The notes under the pieces are model-generated. The model saw only the letters and a list, made by a program, of their open reading frames with translations, did no database searches and had not been told where the DNA came from. Of a stretch of DNA of 64,000 nucleotides, positions 33,447 through 64,000 are shown in pieces; the stretch's first letter is position 1; every line of letters starts with the position of its first letter. Location: positions 288,001-352,000 of the forward strand of contig CBDBZY010000051.1 of the NCBI GenBank assembly GCA_965213685.1, given 5' to 3'. This DNA comes from a bacterium. GTDB lineage: Bacteria > UBA8248. Made by a program: the position numbers and the translations under genes.

Positions 33447-35038
33447 TATGGGGTGTAATTAGTGTCAAAATTAGCTACTTTGTAACAGAGGGTATGCTTT
33501 GAAATAGGGGGTATATTTTGTGAGCAATAGTACATATATATCTTGCAATAGGGGTATACCTCGCAATAGGGGGTATACCTTGTAATAGGGGGTATACCTC
33601 GCAATAGGGGGTATACCTCGCAATAGAGGTTATACCTTGTATTAGGGGGTATACCTCGCAATAGGGGGGTATACCTCGCAATAGGGGATATTCCTCACAA
33701 TAGGAGGTATACCTCGCAATAGGGGGTATACCTTGTAATAGGGGGTATACCTCGCAATAGGGGGGTATACCTCGCAATAGGGGGTATACTTTGTAATAGG
33801 GGGTATACCTTGCAATAGGGGGTATACCTTGTAATAGGGGGTATACCTCGCAATAGGTGGGTATACCTCGCAATAGGGGGTATACCTTGTAATAGGGGGT
33901 ATGCCTCGCAATAGGGGGTATACCTTGTAATAGGGGGTATACCTCGCAATAGGGGGTATACCTTGTAATAGGGGGTATACCTCGCAATAGGTGGGTATAC
34001 CTCGCAATAGGGGGTATACCTTGTAATAGGGGGTATGCCTCGCAATAGGGGGTATACCTTGTAATAGGGGGTATACCTCGCAATAGGGGGTATACCTTGT
34101 AATAGGGGGTATACCTCGCAATAGGGGGTATAGGTGTGTACCTCGCAATAGGGGGTATACATCGCAATAGGGATATACCTAGTAATAGGAGGTATATTGA
34201 AATGGGTGATGCACTGTGTATAGTTGGCAATTGCACTATGTAATGGGGAGTACAATAGTCAATGGGTGTGCCTTGTAGTAGGGACCACTTGATTTCATTA
34301 GATAATTGCCATGTGACAAGCACATGGACAACCGTTGGCCCAACCGCCGTTGGATGGTCCCGCTACGCGAGGCTCTGTTTGTAGGAGGTTACTACAAGAC
34401 TGTGTATCGAAGTCACTGTGCGAGCTTTCTCCCCTAGGTCTTTGCAGCATTGATGCTGCTTCCAACAGCAAATTAGCCTTGGTGACAACTCGCTGGTGAA
34501 ATCACTTTCACGAGCCAGGCTCTCGCCAGCTGCTCATGCATGAGAATGGCTCGTGAAAGTGACTTGGCGTGCGAGCACTCAGCATGAACGTGCGGGGGTC
34601 AAAGTTCAAACATATTACGTTGGCCAAGAGCCTGTAAGTGCTTATGGGTTGCGCATACCCCCTATTGCGAAGTATACCCCCTATTGCAAGGTATACCCCT
34701 TATTGAGACATATACCCCCTATTGCGAGGTATACCCCCTATTACAAGGTATACCCCCTATTGCAAGGTATACCCCCTATTACAAGGTGTACCACCTATTG
34801 CGAGGTATACCCCCTATTGTGATGTATACCCCCTATTATATACAATGTGTACCCCCTATTGCGAGGTATACCCCCTATTACAAGGTACACCCCCTATTGC
34901 GAGGTATACCCCCTATTGCAAGGTATACCCCCTATTGCAAGATATATAGATGCTATTGCTCACAACATATACCCCCTCAACCAATAAAGTGTACCCCTAT
35001 TACAAAGTAGCTAATTTTGACACTAATTACACCCCATA
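33447..35038. mobile_element. Foldback element: long TIRs built from 19-bp tandem repeats, 6-bp flanking direct repeat
   Basis: TCGAAC|TATGGGGTGTAATTAGTGTCAAAATTAGCTACTTTGTAA ... TTACAAAGTAGCTAATTTTGACACTAATTACACCCCATA|TCGAAC. Arrays of GCAATAGGGGGTATACCTC lie in opposite orientation at about 33545-34195 and 34655-34940. Confidence 0.85.
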
Positions 35039-35529
35039 TCGAACACGTGCATCTCGTACCTGTGCAATGCAGCTAGCTGCTGAGCCGTGTGATGGCTGAA
35101 AACGGAAGCAGAGATGGCGGCCACTCGCAGTTGTCTCCAAGAAAAATAGAATAATGTATATACGGACGCGTATGAAGTAGAAACAAACGGCTATTGTAAA
35201 TATCTGACTGTCATGCACTCAATACCAGATACGAGGAGCCTAGCGTTCGAGTGTTTCTTCACGTACGCACACGTGTCAGCTTCGGCTTTACAGTATGAAT
35301 ACAGTTCTAGAATCTAAATTTGAGGCGCGCCCATTACGCGTAAATTTGACCCGCTAATTAATTGCAATGCATGACAAGGCTAACAGCTCCACGAAAAATG
35401 AATAAAGGACACAACACACTGCGTAATTATAGCACACTGTAGATCATTTCTTGTCAGTACATGACATACATGAGGAGATTAAAAGTTCAGCTAAATCTAC
35501 ATTGTTCAGCCTGCAGTATGCATAAATGG

Positions 35530-38728
<3,199 letters not shown>

Positions 38729-38939
38729 CCTGGCGAGATGGCCCGGATAGTCTACCATACAACGCTACCTCCTCCGCACGTACAGTAGCAGCTAGGTCGC
38801 GCTACTTTAGCTTAAAAGCAGCTTAAAATGTTAGACTAAACTTCATACATGAAAACGGTTTTATGGGGTTGTTCTGCACATTTGTTACATCATTATTCTA
38901 TAGACCTTACCATTAATTTACTTCGTACAGACACGCGCA

Positions 38940-39030
38940 CCACAGTAACGCATGGTATTAGAGCACAGTGTACTGACACAGTAACGCATGGTATTAGAGC
39001 ACAGTGTACTGACACAGTAACGCATGGTAA
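38940..39030. repeat. 36-bp tandem repeat, about 2.5 copies
   Basis: CACAGTAACGCATGGTATTAGAGCACAGTGTACTGA repeated directly. Confidence 0.8.
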
Positions 39031-39519
39031 TCAAAAGTAATACAAGGCTTGGTTTTACACGGAGGTGCATGGTATAAACTTAGACGGAAGATGCCCATTT
39101 CTCACTATGCTCGAGCTCAGAAATCTGATTTTGTTTATGCCCAAAATAGTAAGTGTTATATTTTAAATCCTAATGTGCACTTTCAGATGATAGTTTGAAA
39201 GCTATTGTGTGCTTTCAGATAAGCCATATCTCTTTCACAGTCACAGCCATGAATGGAGTGTTGAGTCTAGTGGTCCTCTAGTGCTACATTAATCGTTCGT
39301 GACCTGCTCTGAGTTTGTTGCATGAAAACATTCCATCTGCACTCTACAGTTATACTCACACTGTCACATGATACTATCATAGGTAAAGTGGGACCATCCA
39401 CTACCAGCAATAATTATTATCATGCAATGCTGTGTGATATCGCTTATTAATTACAGTATCATGCAGTAATATAGCCCATGCATACATTACTACTGTGGTT
39501 TTGTGTACTACCGTGTAAT

Positions 39520-40080
39520 ACATACCATGGACTTTTGTGTTGTACCATGCAACACCATGGCCATACATTAGGGTGTTGTACCATGCAGCACCATGGCCAT
39601 ACATTAGGGTGTTGTACCATGCAACACCATGGCCATACATTAGGGTGTTGTACCATGCAACACCATGGCCATACATTAGGGTGTTGTACCATGCAGCACC
39701 ATGGCCATACATTAGTGTGTTGTACCATGGCCATACATTAGGGTGTTGTATCATGCAACACCATGGCCATACATTAGGGTGTTGTATCATGCAGCACCAT
39801 GGCCATACATTAGGGTGTTGTATCATGCAGCACCATGGCCATACATTAGGGTGTTGTATCATGCAACACCATGGCCATACATTAGGGTGTTGTACCATGC
39901 AGCACCATGGCCATGCATTAGGGTGTTGTACCATGCAGCACCATGGCCATGCATTAGTGTGTAGTACCATGCATTAGGGTGTTGTACCATGCATTAGCCT
40001 GTGTGTGTAGTACCATGCATGCATTAGCCTGTGCGTGTAGTACCATGCATTAGGGTATTGCATACCATGCATTAGTAGCC
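39520..40080. repeat. 36-bp minisatellite CCATGGCCATACATTAGGGTGTTGTACCATGCA(A/G)CA
   Basis: Direct tandem copies with a 12-aa period in the ORF track; no unique spacers. Confidence 0.9.
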
Positions 40081-40892
40081 TGCAGTAGTGTGTAGTAGTT
40101 TGAGAGCCGCCCATGCAAGTAATGCAGTAAGAGCCGCATGAATCGCGTCGCTACACGCTTAGTGGTGAATGTGACTACACGCGCGCTACGTAGCCTCTGT
40201 TTAGTAAAAGCTCAAGCCGTCGAGGGCCACTAGCCATAGCTCTAGGTACGGTACATGCTAGCACCGGTACAGCGCACTAGTAATTAGCGTATAGCATAGC
40301 TCAGCGCGGCGCGGCGCACAAACACGTGAGTATGCGGCGGGCGCGACGGCTAGCCGGCTGTGATCTGTGCGTACCGGCACCAAGAGTTTCATGACCATTG
40401 GTGTTATGGTTATCAGATTTTCGTTTGCTTTACTTTCTCTTTGCCTTATTTTACTACCTTTGTTTGCTCTTCTTATCATGTTTTTATATCATCATTCTTT
40501 GTTTTTCTCTAACATTTTGCCTTACGGGTCTTTTTAAATGTGAGATGAGATATTAGCAAACACAATACTGTAATTCTCCTTCAAGATGAAGATTTTTTCA
40601 TACTAAAAAAATCTCACCATTTTTTAACCCTTTTTACTCAGATGTGAAGTGAAGTGTATGGTGAAAGTGAAACCCAAATTTTCAAATGTACAGTTTTAAT
40701 ACTGAGTAACCTGAACAACCCTATATACATTGTACTAGCATACCATGTGACATAACATTGACTTATTTACAACAAATTATAGACAATACAGGTATATATA
40801 CTTTATTGCATCATTTATTGTCAGTTATATGCATGACATACAAGAAGAAATTAAAGTTCAAGTTTTGTTCAGCCTGCGGTATGCAGAAATGG

Positions 40893-45142
<4,250 letters not shown>

Positions 45143-45619
45143 CCTGGCGAGATGGCCCCACAATGCTACCTCCTCCGCACGCACGTTCATGCAGGCCGGC
45201 CGGCCGGAAGCACGTAGCCCCACCCATTTTCCGATTCTGGAGCGGAAGGTGGACGCGGCAGTCTCCACCGGTCACCTTAGCCGCTTCGCAATCCCTCATA
45301 TCATTCTAGAGGCAGGAGCTGAAGACAGAGTGAATGTGTTATTTATGAGTGTCCATTTTACTACATAAAAATCTCATAGTGTACAAGACAAACTGTAGCA
45401 TTTCTTACCACACATCACAGGTATGCTTATGAGCGGCGAAGCCGCGAATGGTACTATGGTGTCTTCTACAGATGATAATTATTATGCGGACTATATAGTT
45501 AATGTACTTTGTTTCTGGCTATGTTTCAAGTTCTGCTCAAAAAAGTGTTCTTCATTGTTCACTGAGTGGACACGCACAGCTATGAGCCTCAGTCCACTCT
45601 ATTACATATGCACTGTTTT

Positions 45620-45821
45620 TCAGCCTGCGGTATGCAGAAATGGTCACTCCTCCTCTCCCTCCCTCTGCCCTCGCTGGTGGAGAAACTCAAGGTGCAGCTG
45701 CAATGCCTCTCAGTACTGACATGTTGGAATTTGATTCCAAACTCCTCACAGGTCCGCCTGACAATGGGCGTGATGAGGGGGTAGTGGGACTGAATGACGC
45801 CAGGGAAGAGATGGTGGGCCA
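45620..45821 (-). pseudogene. Desaturase relic F: part of the last exon only, frameshifted
   Basis: [36 protein letters not shown] followed by a small deletion relative to D/E; 3' tail matches D/E; upstream exons missing. Confidence 0.85.
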
Positions 45822-45991
45822 ATAGATACATGCATATGTTGCATGTCATTAATTTTGTATACTTTTTGCCGCTACTGCCCTGCCCGCTACGCTACATGTA
45901 TGTTCTGGCATCTTCGATTACACAGAGGCGCTAGGCCCGGAGCGGAAGGTGGACGCGGCAAGAGTCGTGGGCGTAGCCTCTGCAAAGGCTA

Positions 45992-47866
45992 ATGGCAGCC
46001 GCTTCGATGGAGGAGGATCGGATGGCCCTCGCTCAGGCCAGACTAGCCATGGAGGAGAAGGAAGCACTGGAAGCCATCAAGGGAGACCTTTGCCAGTGGT
46101 TGAGCAAGCCTGACGTGATGGCGCTGGATATTTCCCCCGCCTCCTTCCTCCACGCGCTGGACTCTGGCGTGGTGCTCTGTAGACTGGCAACGCTCGTCCA
46201 GGAGGGGGCAAAGGTATGCCAGGCGAGCGGGAAGAAGCTGCCTGTTCTTGTCCCCATGGGGCCTCTCAACTACAAGGCCATAAAGGCGACTAGGAGCTCG
46301 GCCATGTTCCAGGCCTGCGCTCGAGACAACGCCGCGCAGTTCATCGAGTGGTGCCGCAGGTTACGAGTGGAGGAGGCAGTTATCTTCGAGTCGGTGGGAC
46401 TAGTGGAGCACAGGGATGAGAAGCGGGTGATCCTTTGTCTGTTGGACGTGGCTCGGTTTGCAGAGAAGGTAGGCATCACGCCACCGCAGCTGGTGAGGCT
46501 GGAGAAGGAGATTGATATGTTAGAGGCACAGTCTGTGAGCTCAGATGAAGAGACAGCTGTGCTGGAGGAAGTGGTGGTGCAGGAGCGAGAGGAGAGGGTG
46601 GGAGGAATGGAAGAAGAAACAGAGACAGAGGAAGTGGAGGAGAGAGAGGAAGAGGAGAAGGAGGAGGAGAAAAAGGAGGAGGAGGAGGAGGATGAGGAGA
46701 AGAAGGAGCAAGAAGAGGAGGAAGAGGAAGAGGAAGAGGAGAAGGAGGGACCAACACCAGCCAAAAGACAGAAGCAGGACGACCCAGGGACAGCTCCATG
46801 TAGCCAGCCAGAGAGGCTGAACAGGAGCAAGCCAACGCATCAAGAAAGACAACCCAAACAACTCCAACCTTTGACCCCAAAGAAGGAAGAAACTGTTGAT
46901 GAAAAGGTACGTGTGACCTCTGACCTCTGCTAACCTGTTTAGGCTCCCTCCTACACCCACCCCTCCCCTGCTCCACACACACCCACCCCTTCCCTCCCCT
47001 GCTCCACACACACTCACCCCTCCCCTGCTCCACACACTCACTCCTCCCCTGCTCCACACACACCCACCCCTCCCCTGCTCCACACCCACTCAGGTGATGC
47101 GCTCACTACGTCAGTGTACGTGCCCGCACAGCATTCTGGTCAGAGGCTGTGGCAAGGGCAAGTTCATTGTGCGGCCCAACCCTCAGCTGGAGAGGAAGAT
47201 CACCCTCTACGCCAGGGTGAGCAGGAGAGGGAGGGATGGATGGCTGGTGGGCTGGGAGTGGTATGCAGTGGTCGGTGTGGTGTGGGCACTGGGCAGGAGT
47301 GGTATGCAGTGGTCTTTGGGCTGGTGGTGTGGGCACTGGGCAGGAGTGGTATGCAGTGGTCACACAGTGCTGCTGTACCTACTTACTTGACCAATTTGTA
47401 GAGGGGCCCCTCCACTCAGAGTGTTAATCAAAATCTATTTGTTGGGGCGAGCCTGAGCGAGTCCCACACTAGTGGTACCGTGCTATGCAGTATATGATAG
47501 TGTGTGTACATAATGTGTGTGCATATGTGTGTAGATGCTGTCTGATCGAGTGATGGTGAGGGTTGGCGGAGGGTGGGACACTCTGGAGCACTTCCTTCTC
47601 AAGCACGACCCCTGCCGACTGTGCAACTTGTCAGGTATGGCACATGTAGGGAGCACTTCTGTGTGATGTGTGGCATAGATTTTCCATGCAGTGTACTAGC
47701 TTAAATAATTATGTAGTATACATTTCTGTACGTATTGTTGATGCTTCTCTCTCCCCCTCCTACCCCTCCCACTGTTGAATTGAATTTGCATGCAGTCGTT
47801 AGACCTCTGACCTCAGACTCAGTCAAGGCTGGTCCATCTCTGGGAAAGCGTAGGAGAGAAGATTAG
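45992..47866 (+). CDS. GAS2-family protein (calponin-homology domain, acidic linker, GAR domain)
   Basis: Exons 45992-46906, 47094-47216, 47535-47634, 47796-47866. CH motifs [33 protein letters not shown]; GAR motif [23 protein letters not shown]. Confidence 0.9.
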
Positions 47867-48124
47867 TGCTCCCCACCCACTGCCCAGGATGGAGAGGCAT
47901 GTATTGTATCCCACACCTCCGACTTCACATGGCACATTTTAGTGTTTAACATTATATTTTTATTGTTGGTGTTACGGTTATGCAATCACTGCCACTGACT
48001 GGCAGATTCAGTATTTATTTTTTATAGTCTCGCTCTCTTGAACGTTTATGTGTATATGAGCACATTTCACGCGCAGGATTTCAATTTAAATGCGCAGTGG
48101 GCGGGGCTACACGTGTTGTACATC

Positions 48125-48815
48125 ATGGTGAGGTTCAAGAACAGGTACGAAATTCGTCTGCATGGGTGGTTTCGCTAGGCCAGCTCCTTCCACAGGTACC
48201 TGCTGGTGGAGTTCCACTTTGACTCTCCCTCTGAAGCCGCCAGTGCCCTCCGCTCAGTGACGGCTAGGTCCCTGCTGGCCTGCGTGAAGGATGCCGTGAC
48301 AGCGCTGCATGGAGATTATGGCTTGGCCTGCGTACAAAGCTCACTGAATGGTAAGCCAGTGCAGAGAGAGAGAGAGAGTGACTGGACCACGTTTATAGTA
48401 TATTGTATATACGCGCAGTCTGCCTTTCGAAATACTGTGGAAGTTCTATCCATTATGCAGTGAAGTATCTCAACGTCACGACCAGAGTGGCCATTATCCG
48501 GTGCCCACAGACCCACCACAAGGCTGTCTGGGCTGCCGTCTCCAGCATCACCAGCATCCGGAAGACCCCTTGCTCCCTGACACTGCTCCACCTGGGAGGT
48601 TGGTCACACAGGGGCTGGGGGTCAAGGGTCAGAGTAAATCTGTGTTGATGACCTCCATAGGGACCATCCGCTCCTGCCAGCGGCACCTGGTGGGCCACAA
48701 CCAGAGGCAGCTGAGGAGAATGGTGGCAGAGGCAGCCACGCCCCTTGCACAGAGGGAGCTCCAGACCAGAATGGAACGGATACTTGGTACTGACTCAGTT
48801 CCCATTCCAGTCTGA
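48125..48815 (+). CDS. POP5: Ribonuclease P/MRP subunit POP5 (4 exons)
   Basis: MVRFKNRYLLVE...LHGDYGLACVQSSLNVKYLN...AIIRCP...LHLGGTIRSCQ. Confidence 0.92.
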
Positions 48816-49415
48816 ATGCACACCCTCCCTCCCCACCTGCTAGTCATGGTGACGAGGTGAACACACAGCTGTTGATACTGTTGTTCAGCTGTCTACATAC
48901 TACACAGTATTAGCTGCAATCACATTTCAGACTCCCTCTCTGCAGCCACCATCATGCATTAATGTGCAGTCAAAAGGTCATCAAGCCATCATAAGCATGG
49001 GAGCAGGGAGGGAGAGGGGCATGATTTGTGAACACACCAAATGCAGACAGGAAGGAGGGGCTAAAGGTTTGGTGAGACTACAATAAGCATTACCTACAGT
49101 GGGAAGAGACGGTCTTCACTACTAGTACTCATCTCACTATTGTTATACTTAAAAACAAATCAAGACGGTGTATACACTGACAGACATTAATACAATATGT
49201 TCCATAATATAAAAAAATAATATCCCATGTACAAACACAATGATATAGAGTGCTGTATAAAAAAAGACTCTCAAAAACAGACAATATGAAGAATGACACG
49301 TAGACAGTCACAAGTGCTAAAAACAGACGATGTCATGGTACAGGTAGGTTGGGTCTGGTTTGGGTGCAGGACAGATATCACATGGAGTGGGGGCACACCA
49401 AGTGGGCGTGGCCAA

Positions 49416-53928
<4,513 letters not shown>

Positions 53929-54062
53929 TTTGCACGCCTAGAGCACTCAGTTGTTACTGGTAGGGTGGGAGAAAACACAAGGGCCCTCAAATTGATGGTA
54001 AATATATTCACGACCTAGATAACGGCGCGGGACGCAATCTCTCTGCACGTGTCTGTACGGTG
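53929..54062. promoter_or_regulatory. 134-bp bidirectional promoter between the PH gene and the C11orf54 homolog
   Basis: Divergent ATGs at 53928 (-) and 54063 (+); contains GGCGCGGGA and CACGTG motifs. Confidence 0.55.

Positions 54063-64000
<9,938 letters not shown>

Noticed and set aside
33545-34940. Regular short repeats resembling a CRISPR array; long repetitive ORFs
   Set aside because: Units abut with no unique spacers, there are no cas genes and the context is eukaryotic. The ORFs are translations of a 19-bp minisatellite.
39401-39977. Cys/His/Trp-rich repeat ORFs
   Set aside because: Artefacts of a 36-bp tandem repeat that is open in several frames on both strands.
38864-40723. Possible hAT element with TGGGGTTGTTCTG...CTGAACAACCCTA ends
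   Set aside because: Short match with mismatches and no 8-bp target-site duplication.

Overview
Gene-dense eukaryotic genomic DNA with short GT-AG introns, long (CA)n/(CT)n microsatellites and tight head-to-head promoters. The style suggests a non-bilaterian animal, probably a demosponge; this is inferred, not shown. Genes in order: paxillin-like (-, runs off the left edge), PPP4C (+), CCDC42/CFAP73 (-), then a cluster of five apparently intact 14-exon cytochrome b5-fused front-end fatty acid desaturases of the Mortierella/Dictyostelium delta5 type (A+, B+, C-, D-, E-) plus a sixth relic. The cluster is interrupted by a two-exon WD40 gene and a nest of DNA transposons: a decayed Tigger/pogo, an intact Zator element carrying a nested TTAA-targeting MITE, and foldback elements. 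After it come a GAS2-like gene (+), POP5 (+), a tandem PH-domain gene (-) and the first five exons of a C11orf54 homolog (+, runs off the right edge). The most interesting feature is the desaturase array. All three His boxes are kept in every copy, but residues next to the active site differ sharply between paralogs and conversion-like tracts spare the substrate-determining exons. This makes it a candidate animal-encoded locus for unusual fatty acids such as delta5,9 demospongic acids. All gene models were spliced by eye and no database search was run.
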